The notes: generated by a model from the sequence alone, not told the origin. A stretch of DNA of 64,000 nt from the human T2T-CHM13v2.0 reference genome, Homo sapiens (GCF_009914755.1 NC_060942.1), one strand, 5' to 3'. Shown: positions 38,817 to 53,947, counted from the first letter of the stretch. A program made the numbers and translations.

Positions 38817-40260
38817 TTTTACATATTCAGAGAAGGAATTTGGACGAATATGTGTGATATTTTTTCCTTTTATGAACATCCGTTGAAGGGAAGAAACAAG
38901 ATATCCCAGGCTGCCCATGTATCCTCGTGGTGGGTGGGTTGAGAAGGAGCACCTAGGCCCCCAGGGGAGCAGATGTTGCCACTGATTTATTCAGTGTGTT
39001 TTCAGCTATATACGAGCTACATCTACATCCGTGTCAACTTCGCACACAAGTATATGAACAGTAAATTAAAAATTACAAGCAGCTTGGAACTGAAACACTC
39101 TCAGAGGAAAAGTGAACCATGACAGACAGGCAACAGGAAAGTCCCAAACCGACAAGTAGAATAAGTTTGGTTCAGGCAATGGTGGTGGTCAGTTCCCCTG
39201 GTCATTCCAAGGTGCCTTTATACCTTTATCCTTGGCTACTGTGCCCTCCATCCCAAAGGCCCCAAAAAATGAGCCATCGTGCTCTGGGTCGTAAAGCCTG
39301 CTTGCTACCTCCCTGCTGACTCAGAGCGTGGACTGGATTCCCAGATCTTCAGCCATGAGCCATGTCACTCCCTGTCTGATTCTTCCTCCCACACAGCAAG
39401 GACCTGGGGCGCTGCACCTGAGCTGGGGTGGGTGGAGTCTGCATGCCAAGACTGGGTGTAGTAGCTGGGTAAGGAGTTGCCCCTGGGCTATGATGCTTGG
39501 AGACAAGGGAACCCAGCAAGAGAAAACATCTTATGTAGAAACCAAAGTTAAAAACTATGCAGTCCTCCCAAAGAAGAGGTGGGACTAAAGAGACTAAAGA
39601 AGACTAAAGAAGACAGGCACAAGGGGGAAATTTAGGTTTGAGGCAACTGGACAGAAGAATGGCAAGGAGAAGAACTTGGAGAAAATCCTTGAGCCATGAG
39701 AATACATCCAAGGCCAGCCTTTTGAGTACTGAGTTATGATGTAAATTGCAATTCCTACTGTGAGTCTTGGTTGAGAAAACAGGGCTCTAGTTATGTGCAG
39801 CTGTGTGCTGGAAAATTTCTGTGTAAGCAGCTCCACTGAATAGGTTCCAGCTAATAGTGTGTCCACAAGAAGTAACCCAAGTCCCCCCCCAGCACAGCAT
39901 ACCACACAGACCAAGAGGTCAGGAGCTGTTTCTTGGTTGTTGGCTGTGCCACCTCTTGCATCTCAAAGAGCATTTTTCTAGGTTAGGCCTGGCCTGAACA
40001 AAATGTGCTTAGCCCCAGACCAGCTATGCCCCATATCCCATTGCTATTTTCCCTCTACACTACTTGACAGAGGTTGCTCCTGTGCCTGGCACTGACTACA
40101 GGACCATATCACATGTCCCTGTAAGATTACCTTTTTTTTTACACAGTTACAGGGAAAACAGAGTTTATGGAAAAACTGCAGCTCTATTATCCCTGGCAAA
40201 TTTACCCTGACTTATTCTTTCAAACTCTTTTTCCACAGGTTTTAAAATTTGCAGAATCTT

Positions 40261-40567
<307 letters not shown>

Positions 40568-41004
40568 TCAGGATGGAAGAAATCCTAAAAGTGTTCTACA
40601 TAGTGTCCACCTTTTGTAGGTTTTCTAAGTCCCAACCCAGTGCTTTTTTGTAATGTGCAATGAAAGTCCTAAATGCTTTTAACGAGTGAAGAGCTTTTCA
40701 TTCCAGAAGTACACATAAAGTCTGAAATGTAAACACAATGAGAGAGGTAACATATGATTTAATTTCACTCTAAGATAATAATAATGGCCATGAACAATAT
40801 ATTCTGGAAAAAAATGATAGTGAGGAAGCAGTCCGGGAGGTTGGGAAAAGAAGGCTGAAAGACAGTAAATGATGTGGCAAAAAGAGACCCTGGGTGCCCC
40901 AGAAAGGTCCTTGATGGCAAAGAAGGCAGGATCAGGGCTGGAGAAGAGAAGCCTCCTAACCTCTTCCTGGGTCACAAGCCTGTCTGCCTTGCTGAGGCCC
41001 CTCT

Positions 41005-41425
41005 GGGTAACTGTGTTTTGTGTCACCTGGACTGCAGTGTGGGGTACCCAGATTAACTGTGACTTCTGTAAGGGTGTTTCCAGGGGATTAGCATCTGAAG
41101 CAGATGGCCCTCCCCAATGTGTGTGGGCCTCATTCAATCCCTTGACAGCCTGAAGGCAGAGGAAGGAAGAACCTGTCCCTTTTCCTTCTTGCCTCACTTC
41201 TGGAGCTGAAATGTCTCATCTTTCCAGCCCTCAACTGTTATTTACACCATCAGCTCTCCTGGGTCTCCAGCCTTTGGCTCCTGTTGAATTACCACTGGGT
41301 TTCCTCGGCCTCCTGCTTATATACAACAGATTATGGGACTTCTCAGCCTCCATAGTCATAGGAGCCAATTCCTCATTTTATAGACACCATTGGCTCTGTT
41401 TCTCTGGAGGACCTTGATTAAGATA
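41005..41425 (+). mobile_element. MLT2 (ERVL) LTR
   Basis: 'ttttgtgtcacctggactg...gcagatggccctccccaatgtg...ttggctctgtttctctggaggaccttga'. Confidence 0.8.
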
Positions 41426-41495
41426 GTAGCTTGTTGTGAAAAATATCCTTTTAATTTACTTTATGTTACTTCGGCACACAGAGGTTGCAAGATTT

Positions 41496-42219
41496 TGTCA
41501 ACTGAAGAATGATTAGGCTCATACATCTGGAAAGGAGAACTTCATTTCTCATAAAGGGCAGTGTGCTGGTGGCCAGTCTGATAGGCTGGGAATCGTAGCC
41601 TCTAGCCAGAAGCCAGAAACAGATACTCAGAGGGAGGGGCAAAGGGTGCAAGAATGTATACGGAATGGTGTGGCCAAGTATACATATTTAACAATCTCTA
41701 GGAGGAGTTGTGGATATTTATGGGAGGAGAAACATGCACACGCACAACTGAGCTTCATGCCTTTCCATGGGGACCCAGGTCCAAAAACAGTGGCATTAGC
41801 ATGACATGAGGGTGGAGACTTTAGCCCTCTGATGTCAAAAGGTGAAGCAAAGGAAAAGAAAAAAAAAAACCCTCTCTGTGGATCCTCTGTAGACTGGCCA
41901 AAACCACACTGTGGTCAGTGGTAGTCTTATCAGGAAGGAATGCTGGTCAGTTGTTTTGAAACTGCAAAAGGGATGGGCACTGTCATGCAGTTGGTTGATA
42001 TCAGGTGTGGAGTAGTCTTTCCAAAGGGCTGGTTTCTGTTCAGCCCCCAGTGAAGAAAAGCTAATGGGGCCAGCAAACGAGGGGGGATAGTGAAACATGT
42101 CTGAGTTCCCATCCTATCATGGCCAGAACTCAGTTTTTAGGGGTTCTCTGGGGTCCTCTTGGCCAAGTGGGGGTCTATTCAGTTTGTTGGAGGGCTTAGG
42201 ATTTCAGTTTTGTTTCTCA
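41496..42219 (-). mobile_element. ERV1 LTR, MER39/MER34-like
   Basis: tgtcaactgaagaat ... ggcttaggatttcagttttgtttctca termini. Confidence 0.7.
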
Positions 42220-42510
42220 GTTCAAAGCTCTGAATTAGGCACTGTGAGGGGTACAGAAATAACTAAAAGGCCATCCCTTAACTTATACAGCTTACGGTCT
42301 GTCAGAGAAGACACACTTGCAAATATTAAACTGTAATCTGAAACAGAAATATACTGAAATGAGCCAAGCACTGCAGAAAGTTATAGGAAGGTGTCATTGT
42401 ACCTAGCCAAAGGGAAGCTGGGGAGGGCTTTGTGAAGGAGGAGACATCCGACCAGGGATTAAAGGGTAAGTAGGATTCTCATGGTCTAAAAAGGGTTAGA
42501 AGTCGAGAGC

Positions 42511-43267
42511 TGCATAATTGCCTAATGGGTTCTTCTTGCCTGCTGCACAGACAAAACCAGTTCACTGAGACTACGGTATTGCAGTGAAGAAAGTTAATTG
42601 CTGCCAGGCTAGGCATGTGGAAGGCCTAGTTTTCACTCAAATCCAGTCTCTCTGAAGGCTTGGAGGTTAGGGTTTTTCAAGGAAAGTTTGGCAAGGCAGG
42701 GAATGGGGAATGTTGATTGGTTGGGGATGAAATCATAGGGGTGTGGAAAACAGTCCTTGTGGGCTGAGTCAATCTCTGGTAGGAGCCACAGGAACAGTTG
42801 AGTCATGAGTTGTTGGTCCAGGTGGAGTCAGCCAATCATCAGAAATGCAAAAGTCTCAAAAAACATCTCAAAAGGCCAATCATAGTATCTACGATAGTGA
42901 TGTTATCTACAGGAGTAATTGGAGAAGTCACAAACCTTGTGACCTCCTCAACAATAGCTGGTTATTGTTTACGCCTACCTCTTAGCAGAATTTAGGTCCC
43001 TGTCATAATCCTAAGCTTGTGGCCTTTCGTTAGTTTTACAAAGGCAGTTTGGTGTTGAGAAGGGGTATTATCATCATTTCTTGAAGCTTAAACTCTAAAC
43101 TAAATTCCTCCCAAAGTTAGCTTGGCCTACACCCAGGAGTGACTAACAATAGCTTGGAGGTTAGAAGCATGATGGAGTCAACTACATTGAATTTATCTTA
43201 CTGTCACAGATGGAGTCAACTATGTTGGATTTATCTAACTGTCATAATCTTTGCAGAGTTAGTTTCA
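42511..43267 (-). mobile_element. LTR8-family ERV1 solo LTR
   Basis: 'aatgggttcttcttgcctgctgcacagacaaaacc' ... 'gtcataatctttgcagagttagtttca'. Confidence 0.85.
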
Positions 43268-43399
43268 GTCCCAATCCCACAGGATTGGGAAAGCCTGCAG
43301 GGTGCTTGGGAAATGAGGTGCTGTATTTCTCACCTATTGCCACTGTAATAAGCCATCTGTTTGCTATAGCTAGTTTGATAGCAGATGTTGCACTATTTG

Positions 43400-43950
43400 T
43401 TGTCTATTGCAGCTCTCACAGATTACCACCAATTCCCAGGCTATCAGAATGGCCACCACCAATTTCGTGATTTAAAACAACACAAATTTATTATCTTACA
43501 GGTCTGGAGATCAGAAGTCCAAAAAATGGGTCTCACTGAGCTACAATCAAGGTGTCAACAGGCTGTGTCCTTTCCTGGAGGCTCTGGGAGAGAATCGGTA
43601 TCCTTGCTCTTTTCCCACTTCGAGAGGCTGCCACATTCCTTGGCTGGTGGCTCCTTCCTCCGTCTTCAAAGCCAGCGACAGATGGTGAATGGAGTCCTTT
43701 CACGTGGCTCACTCTGCCCTTGTTCCTGCTGTCACATCCCCCCTTCTCTGTCTGACTTTTCTGTCCCCTTCCTCCACTCTTGTCATTACCTTGGGCCCAT
43801 CTGAAAATCCTGGATCGTCCCCCTAATTAAAGTCAGTGGACTAGCAACTTTAATTCCATCTGCAACCTTAGTTCCCTTCTGTCATGTAGCCTAACCTCAT
43901 CACGAGTGTCAGGGATTTGCACGTGGACATCCTCAGGGACCCCATCGTGA
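43400..43950 (-). mobile_element. MLT1C/D-type MaLR LTR
   Basis: 'tttaaaacaacacaaatttattatcttacaggtctggagatcagaagtcc', 'ggaggctctgggagagaatc', 'gcaactttaattccatctgcaacctt'. Confidence 0.85.
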
Positions 43951-44089
43951 GTGGTTGGGGGGATGTGGCCAGAAAGAAGGCAGTGGCAGAATGCCCAAGA
44001 ACTCTGCAGCTGTGCTGAGGCATCTGAGAGCCAAGGAGGAAACCTTCTTTGTGGTTAAGTAAGAATGAACTAATATCCATCTGGCATTT

Positions 44090-44290
44090 GGCATTTTACA
44101 CTGCACTTTTTGTACATTATCTCATTGGATCTTAAAAACAGCTCATTGTGAGATGTGTTAATATTATTCTTATTTTAAGGTGGGGAAACCGAAATCAAAC
44201 AATGTAGGTGACTTTTTTCAAGATCACCCAGTGAGTGATTCAGGACTTGGCCCAGGCTTTCTGGTCTACACTCACAGCCTTTCCTTCATC
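44090..44290 (-). mobile_element. MIR SINE
   Basis: 'attatctcattggatctt...ggggaaaccga...gtgactttttt caagatcac'. Confidence 0.6.
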
Positions 44291-45493
44291 CACAGAGGCA
44301 AGATCTAGCAATTGAATTAGGTTGCCTGAATACCAACCTTTGTAACCTCCTATTGTTGGCTTATTTTCCTTATGGTTTTGGAAAAGAATCTTTCAAAACA
44401 AGTCAATTTTATTACCTAAAAGTTACTTTGCTTTTAAAAACTGTTCCTTGAATTAATCCACATATTGTGTCTTCCTCAGAATGATAAGCATAAAGGTAGT
44501 TACATTTCGTTCTCATCCTTACACCGAAACATGGGGAATTAACAACACCCCTTCTCTGCCGTCAAGTGTATGTGCAGGTTAGGGAGCATCTTGAGAGTTT
44601 GGTCCCACCAGCTTCCAGAGCCTGCAGTCTGGCTTCCCATGTGGCTTGAGGCTCCCAGTGCAGGCAGCCCTCAGTGTCTAGGTGCTGGGCTTCCGTCTCA
44701 CAGTCCCTGGCCAGCTTCCCTCAACACATCCCTCTAATGACCCCGGGGCCTCACCCAATCTTTTCTCCTGACATATTGGGAAGTGAGGGGCAGCAAGGCC
44801 CTTTGGCCCAGCAAGGGTCCCCTGCAGGGCTCCCCACTTGAAGGGGCCTGTGCTTTGGCCCCATGCACTGACCCACTCCTTGCAGGTGCCCAGAGCAGCT
44901 GAGGGACCTGTGCCTGTGGAGTCATGTGGGTCGTGGGTGGGCTCTGGCTCCAGGGGGCAGCCCAGCATGGCCGTCACTCCCACTCACTGCCACCGGAGAT
45001 CGTTTGGGATCTGGCCATCAGAGTGGTGCTGACAGCCTGGTTAAGGTGACCATGGTCCTTGAGTCTCAGCCTGTGTGCAATTCCACACATGGGCTCCTCC
45101 CCTCTGTGTTCTGGCTGTGACGCCCTCTAGCTCATAGCACCGGATGGTGCTGTAGGTGCCAACATGTGTCCCTCATGGTGCACAGCACCCACTGACCAGC
45201 CGCCCTCCACAGACTCTGCACATGTGTCTTGCTATGTTTTGGAGGTGGTCAAATCCATTTCTCCTGATGAAACTTCCCATCAATGTGGCCACACTGCTCT
45301 GTTGGGTCATTCTGAAGCCATCACTAGCAAGGACAGCCCATCTTGTATGGATGGGCTCCCTGTCCTTGTTCTGCTGCAGCCCTCTCACCTGGCCTCCTGC
45401 TGGTGCGGCGTGGAAGGCAGATGTTGTCCATGGGGAAAGAGACCCCATTCATTATAGGCATGCCATGATGTCAGCCTAAAGAAGTTAAGGGAT

Positions 45494-45844
<351 letters not shown>

Positions 45845-48054
45845 TCATGCTACATAACTCAAAATACCACATGACCAGAAAATAAATCTTCATTTGCATT
45901 TTCCTGAATCATCTGGGTAATCCTGGCATTGGTGGTCCATGTCAGCAAAGCACATAAACCACTTTGAGAGTCAGCAGAAGCCATGCCTGGTCGTGACACT
46001 GCAGCCTCACAGGTGATGTGACCAGTGGTGCATGAACGGTCCCAGGTCTACATTGTTTCAGTACAAACAGGTCCCTGAGACCCATGGCAGTGAGTGATGA
46101 CAGCTTTGCTACCTTTTCTTCCTAGAGATATGACCTTGACCAGGAATGCTGCCTTTGACAATAAAGAAAAAGAAGAGATGATGCCTGGACACCACAAACA
46201 TCACGTGCACTGGCTGGATGATAGAAAAATACAGCGGTTCCTCTTCTCCACCCACTATCGCAAATCCCCATTGATAAATCACTATACCCCACGTGGACCC
46301 ATGAATTTTGTAACATATTTTACAATCAAATTGTGTAGACAGGAGCCTTACAAAAATTAGTTGCCCACAGCCCCGCAAACCCTAAAACCTGCCCTGGTGA
46401 GGAGGATGGTCACCTGATATTGTTTTAAATCCTCCTTGGTGTCCTCCTTCAAATTATGCCTATTGTGCCAGCTCAGTGCCCAACATACAGTCAATCTCTA
46501 ATAAATATTTCCTGGAGGAGAGAGAGAGAAGAAGTTGGTGACACTAGTCATGCCCCTAATGTTTTATTTTTGCTCTTCTAAAAAGCAGTGCATAAGAAAG
46601 TTACCATATGCAGTGAAATAAAAATGCTGAATTTACGTCTTTTGCTTCCAGAAGGAGGTGAATGTGAAGGTCAGATTTTAGGCAGACTTCAAATTGAAGC
46701 TCAGTTTTAGATAAAACATTCTCAGTGCAGAGGCTCAGAGATGACGCAGTGGGGCGGAGGGTGCCGGAGGGAGGGAGGGAGGCAGGAAAACTCAAGCCCT
46801 CTCTCTGATCTCCATGGATGGCCAGATTAGGAAATGCGTGTGGAACCACAGGAAGAGCCACACGGGCCAGAAGCGACATGCTTTTGAGTGGTAAACCCAC
46901 AAATGAACATACAAGTTCAGAATTCATAAATGTCCCAGAGAAGACAGCAAGCTTTAGAAGCAGCATGCATTTCATTACCAAGCAAATTTACTGATTTGTT
47001 TCAGTTTTATGTCTTTGGACAAATATAGATTGGCAGGATTTTCATATTCAGCTCACTTCATGCTGCTGCTTTTGATTTTTTCCTTCCTTAGTTGTGACCT
47101 CTTGCAGAATTCCTGACACTGAGCTACGATGTTCTCAAGCATGTTGCAATGTCAAGTTCAGGCACTTAAGAATCATTAAATCCAAAATTTCTCTCATCTC
47201 TGTTGTTTTTGGAATTGGGGTTGAAAATGGGTTTGAGGGCAAAGTATTCTTTCTAAGCAGAGACCTAGCAAGCACTGGCTTAAAATGCTGAAATGGTTGT
47301 TCTGTCTAAAAATCTACATTTATAAACATGTGTGGTAAAATAAATAAATAAATAAATAAGAGCCACAGCCACATGCCCCCTTGCAGTGCAAGCATTCCTG
47401 ATGATGCCATCTCCCCCTTCTCTCAAACCCTGGGAAGTCCTTAGTTTCTCAAAACTAAAGGATTGAATATCTCTTATTAGACACAATTTCTTCCCCAATT
47501 AGGAACATGGCAATGCAGGCAATTGGATTTTCCAGGTGAGGAAACTGCAACAGAAAACCTTCCTGGTACCTGCTGGCCCCATGCCTGCAGCCCCCACTGG
47601 CCCCTGTGCATTGAGACCCCAAATATTCATTGCTTCAAACCTGCTGGCAGACACCATTTGGGGCATCTTTGCTCATGACGACCACTGTAGTCCGCAGTCA
47701 TCTATCTCTGAACATTTCCCTTTACTATGACTACAGCGGGGAGCTGATGGATATAATCATTATCCTTTGCTGCTTTCATTTGTACATTCATTCATCCAAC
47801 ATTTTTTGGATGAACAAAAAATGTTGGATGAATGAATAAAAAATGTTGGCTGCACAAATACACAAAGGAAGGCAGCAATGGCTAATGCTATGTCCTAGGG
47901 GCAGCCTTATGAACATTTATCATTATACAACATGCTGGGTTACTCAGAAGAGAATAGAAGGTGAGGTGGGGAAGGAAGCCACAGAGGTAAGGAAGACCAA
48001 AATGCAGCTGCCTTCATCAGGCCCTACTTCCAGAGATGCACGGATGGATGGAGC

Positions 48055-48265
48055 TTTTCCCTCTGACCCAGTCCTTCAACTGCATGTGATGCTTTTGGGA
48101 CCCACGCATTCCATCCTTTCTGCCCTGTCCTTCTCCTGGATGTCATACATTGGGATCCAGGTGTTCAGTTTTCTCTGCCTTGTTCTTGCTCTGCATGTGA
48201 TGATTTAGGGACCCAGGTGTCCAGTCCTCTCTGCCCCATCCTTCTCGTGTACGTGATACCTTTGG
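48055..48265. repeat. Degenerate ~55-bp minisatellite, ~4 units
   Basis: GGGA anchors end at 48100, 48155 and 48211; recurring (c/t)ctctgcc and tgtgat motifs. Confidence 0.7.
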
Positions 48266-48699
48266 TAATTCGGGTAACCAGTCTCCATTTCCATAAGAGG
48301 TAGCCAGATGCTCTTTTCAATCAGGGATGTCAGGGATGTTTCCCAAAAAATGATTCACCCCCTGGTGTAGAAACCTGGTAACTAGACAAGAGGCAGTCAC
48401 AGCACCACAAGTTTTCCAAACGGGTGAAAAAGGAGAGGTCCCTTTGTGGCCCAGTACCATTTCAGCTTTGCCTGGAAACTGTGGTCTTATAAAAGCCAAA
48501 GAATTACAGACTCTGAACTGGAAGAGTTTTGTGGATCATCTAGTCCAATATTCAGTCAACTCAGGAATTCTCTCTATAAGATAGCTGGCAGGATCTGCTT
48601 TTCAAGCATGAGGACTCTCCAGCTGAAGACGTGTATAGGGCAATGCCACACAGAGCTTTCGCAAATGCAGTCTGGCACACCACTTGCAGCTCCTACTTG

Positions 48700-48900
48700 C
48701 TTAGGACACGCCATGTGCTATACATCACGCTAAGTGCTGTGAGTTCATGCTCAGTTCTCATTACAACGTTAATAGATAGGAACTATTAATACCCCCTTTT
48801 TACAGATGGGGAACCTGAGGGTTAGACACACTAAATAACTTGTCCTTGGTAATTCAACCAATAACTGACACAGCCAGCATTCAAAATCAGGTTCGTCTGA
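48700..48900 (-). mobile_element. MIR SINE
   Basis: 'tttacagatggggaacctgagggttag...taacttgtcc'. Confidence 0.65.
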
Positions 48901-49794
48901 CTTCACAGCTAATTAGACAGCAGAAACCCTACTTCTACTGTGGCCTTGGAGGCCATGTAACACAGGGTCAACTTAAGAGATGCTTCCGAAGGCTTGGAGA
49001 GCAAGGATACACTTCCTTTTGAGATGTTTCAGAATGCCAAGAAACCTCCCCAAATAGGACACTCAAAACTCCCCATTCTTCCACATCTATGCCACACTGT
49101 GGAACCATTACATCCCTTCTTTAAGAGATACTCGTAACCTAACTCATTAGTAATCTGCTGTAGAGTTTTGCCATCAACTTCTCTCCCCTGTTTTGGAAGG
49201 TGAGGTCATATTTTCACCTTTCCAAACTTTTGGCACTTCCCATCTGTTTTTGTGGAACATTACCAGTGATGATGTCAAAATTCTATCTTCAATTCTTAGG
49301 TCTTAAGAACAGTGTTATTAGAATCATGAAAAATGGTGGATTTTCTTCCTCCCTCAGACGTTTATGATGACATTTCTAGTAGATTTTTAACAAACTTCCC
49401 ATCATGTCAATAAATAAGGGCAGGTAAATTGCATGAACCATTCTTTTTCAGTTAAATATTTTTAAACATATTTTACTAAAAATCCTACTCAGGAAATGTA
49501 TCATAGACCAATTTCATTTCTGTCAACTTGGTTTTGCCAGCATCTTAGAATGTATTTACAGTTTCAGGAGACCATGACAATGACCCATACTTTTTATCCC
49601 AAGGTCAATCCCTCCATCTATGCAGGTCTGCCTACCTCTTGTCTACAGCATAGTGCAGAATGGCTGATATTTGGAGGTCATTATTAATTCTCAGGTGTCA
49701 GGACTTACTTACAATTCATGCTCCAAGTAGGCTGTCAGTGAATATCCGTTATAATTAACTGAGCCACCAAAACTAGATGAAAAAAGTTTCCTCT

Positions 49795-50508
<714 letters not shown>

Positions 50509-51599
50509 TGAGAATAAAAAAAAAGAAAGAAGTAAAAAGAAAAGAGAAGAAAGAGAAAGAAAGGAAGCAAGAAGCATTATGTGACGACAAAGAGCCCAAT
50601 TAAGAAGACATAACTTAGGACATGGAAGAAATTTGAATACAACTTGAGAAAAAGAAGATGATCCCTAAGTGTTTCGGACTATAGAATTTTGAAAATACAT
50701 GTTAATAAATGACTATAGTGAGGCTGAGATTTAATCAAGAGAAGTGTAAAATAATGCCAAGTCCAACAAGGCAGTCAGGAAGGTAATTGACTCTATCATG
50801 TCACAAAATAAATTGGCAGCAGCAGGAGCAGGGCACAGGATTCCATCTCTCCCAGTCGGGATTAACTCCTGCCGCAGAGCAGGACTGGAAACACGAACAC
50901 TGAGCATATGATGCACTAGCCTGTGAAATGAAATCTCCCTAAAAGTGAGGGTTGGGGCTTTTCTGCTGCCCTAAAAGCCAGCACTGATTATCAGACAGGT
51001 TCAGCACATTCATCCATGGCTTGGAGTCACCATTAGCACTTGACCACTATAAGGCGTTTATGTACAAATTAGAAACAGGCACAGCTATAGGAGAGTATGC
51101 TGATGAACAAAAAGATGCTTTTCTGGCTGTACCAGTTAGATAAAAGCAACCCCTCTGGGCAGAGCAGTTCGTACGAGTGTCCTTTTTCCAGTTGTGTCTT
51201 GGCAAAAGTGCAGGCTGGATTTTAGCTCCCACAATGCCCTCTTGCAGATATCATTGTGTAAGGCACAATCTGCACAACTGCTCCTGACATCTTTACTCAG
51301 GTGGAATAATTCTGCAAGAGTGTAGCCTCTGGTTCCTGAATCCTTGGCTCAGATCCCTGGTTGATAAGCAACTGCACTGATGCCTGGAATTTTTGGCCCA
51401 AGAAACCTTTGTCAAGTTAAGAAGGTAAAATTACTCCTCTTTGTTAGATGTGGAAATGTATAAGAACACAGAATTTGAAAAAATGAATATGGAGGCAAAA
51501 TAATTCAAACACAAGATTATTTGTATCAAATTCGTATTTGTAAAACAGTAAGAGTTGTGGGTTAAACCTGAACTCTTAAAATTAGATTTTAAGATTTGT

Positions 51600-51899
51600 G
51601 GCTGGGCGCGATGGATCCCAGCACTTTGGGTGGCTGAGGCGGGTGGGTCACCTGAGGTCAAGAGTTCGAGACCAGCCTGGCCAACATGGTGAAACTCCGT
51701 CTCTACTAAAAAATACAAAAAAAAAAAATTACCCGGGCAGGGTGGCGGGCACCTGTAGTCCCAGCTACTCAGGAGGCTGAGGCGGAGAATCGCTTGAACC
51801 CAGGAGGCGGAGGTTGCAGTGAGCCAAGATTGCACCACTGCACTCCAGCCTGGGCAACAGAGTGAGACTCTGTCTCAAAAAAAAAAAAAAAAAAAAAAA
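51600..51899 (+). mobile_element. AluS with ~12-nt deletion near the 5' end
   Basis: ggctgggcgcgatgg joined directly to atcccagc; TSD aagatttg. Confidence 0.93.
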
Positions 51900-51929
51900 G
51901 ATTTGCAAGTTAATCAGGTAAACTTAAAT

Positions 51930-53480
51930 TAAACCAAATAAGCCATAAATAATCCTTTCTGCACATAAAATCACCGATCTAATGTTAACAAGAACTCCAT
52001 AAAACAAGAGGCAAAATAGTATCTGGGAAAAACACAGATTGAGGTGAATTGTAGAGCTGAGGAAATAAATTGAGCATTGAAATAATACCATTACAGAACC
52101 AGTAAATAGATTGGAAACAGCAAGAAACAAAATATATAGTTAAGGTTAGAAATCAATTATTGGCCGGGCGTGGTGGCTCATGCCTGTAATCCCAGCACTT
52201 TGGGAGGCCTAAGCGGGCGGATCACTTGAGGTCAGGAGTTCGAGACCAGCCTGGCCAACATGGTGAAACCCATCTCTACTAAAACTACAAAAATTAGCTA
52301 GGTGCAGTGGCGCATGCCTATAATCCTAGCTACTCAGGAGGCTGACAGAAGAATCGTTTGAACCCAGGAGGCAGAGGTTACAGTGAACTGAAATCAGGCC
52401 ACTGCACTCCAGCCTGGGCAACAGAGTGAGACTCTGTCACACACACACACACACACACAAAAAAAAGTCGAGTACTAACATAAAAGAATAATTTAAAATA
52501 ATCAGAGTAAATAGAAAGGAAAAAGATTAATTCCTTATAACAAAGAGAACCTAATAGATATAAAGCTAGTGTCCTTAAAAAAAAAAAAAGCCAGCAACTG
52601 AAAACCTAAAAGTATACAAAGACATATCAGGAAAGACATTTTTCTGAAATGAAGGAAGAAGCAGCCTTCCAGATCATAGAGGTGTATTTTCCAGAAAATA
52701 GATTTTAAACTGACGGCTCTAAAGACTTATCCTGGTTGTCATTAACCTTCAGGGGAAACATCAAGAATTCTTCAGTTGTCCAAATAGAGAAACTCCTGGG
52801 GCCTGGTTGGCTGGCCTTAGACTTGTGCATAACAATCGTCACAGCCAAAATACATTGGAGCAACGTTATAAGGGAAAGAAACTCTGATCTAAGCATGTCA
52901 CACCCAACCAAGATGTCATTCAAGTACAAAGACAAAAGGTCAAAGGTCCTGAACATGAAAGAACTCAGGAAATATAGCACCCTTGAGTCCTTTCTGCAAA
53001 ACTACGTATTGATGACATGAAGCTCACCAGGGGCTACATGGAGAAACTGAGGACTAACATTTCATGCCAGAAGATAGGCCAGCAAAGTTTACAAGGTTCT
53101 AAGGGAAAGTGATCCAGGAATTTGAGATCCAGGCAAGTTTTCCTTTCAAGCTTTTAAGAATGAAATCCAGCCAACCAAGTGATAAATCAAAATAAAGAAA
53201 TAAAGAATGGAACAGCCACAGTAAAAGAATAAATGGTAGGGCGTCACTTACAAGTAGAGCTAAGGCTAAACAACCTGTGGTTATAAATGAAATAAATGTG
53301 TTATGAAACTTATTAGGAAAAATCATAATAAAGCATAAGAGAAGTGTCAGGAAGAATAGAAGTACTCAAATGTCCCACTGTTCACGATAGGAGTGAATCT
53401 AGCCTATCTAATACTGAAACGTGTTGTAAAACAGCCAGTGATTTCTACCACTTATTGTTTTCCCAATCATTTTTGTTAAC
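51930..53480 (+). mobile_element. HAL1/old L1-like remnant, interrupted by an Alu
   Basis: A-rich; 'ccaagatgtcattcaagtacaaag...aacatgaaagaactcaggaaatat'. Confidence 0.55.
52162..52466 (+). mobile_element. AluS with (CA)n microsatellite in the tail
   Basis: Full Alu; (CA)n at ~52438-52459. Confidence 0.95.
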
Positions 53481-53496
53481 CATAGAAGGATATCTA

Positions 53497-53573
53497 GGCT
53501 GGGCACAGTGGCTCATGCCTGTAATCCTAGCACTTTGGGGGGCTGAGGTGGGCAGATCACCTGAGGTCAAGGA
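53497..53573 (+). mobile_element. 3'-truncated Alu left-arm fragment
   Basis: ggctgggcacagtggctc...cacctgaggtcaagga, then abrupt loss of similarity. Confidence 0.85.
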
Positions 53574-53947
53574 CTGTATTTTCCTTTCTTCTTTGGATTT
53601 TCTGCATTGCTTAAATTTTCATAATAATTATGAATTGTTTCTTCAAAAATAATGAAGTAGTTATTATTAAAGGAAAATAAGCGTGGTCCCAGGTAGTGAA
53701 AAGTTGGGTGGGGAGGGAGAGAGCTGTACACCCCAATAGTCAGTTTAAACAGCTCTCCTACAGACACAGAGCTAATCTGAAAGGCAGAGAAGCCACTTCC
53801 TGACTTTGTGTGATTTGAAGGCACAAGAAGGTTATCAGTCCATCCAAAATGATCATTCCTTCAAATGATTAACTATGAGCACGTCAAGGTGAACTCATTG
53901 AAAAAAATCCCCTTCCAACCTGTTAGTGGCTGAAAGACTGCAAAGAA

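Noticed and set aside
40679-41197. Longest ORF (172 aa)
   Set aside because: Starts within an MLT2 LTR, has no recognisable domain and no supporting splice structure.
46140-46398. Possible hAT-Tip100 MITE ending in ctaaaacctgccctg
   Set aside because: Only one terminus is recognisable; family and boundaries are uncertain.
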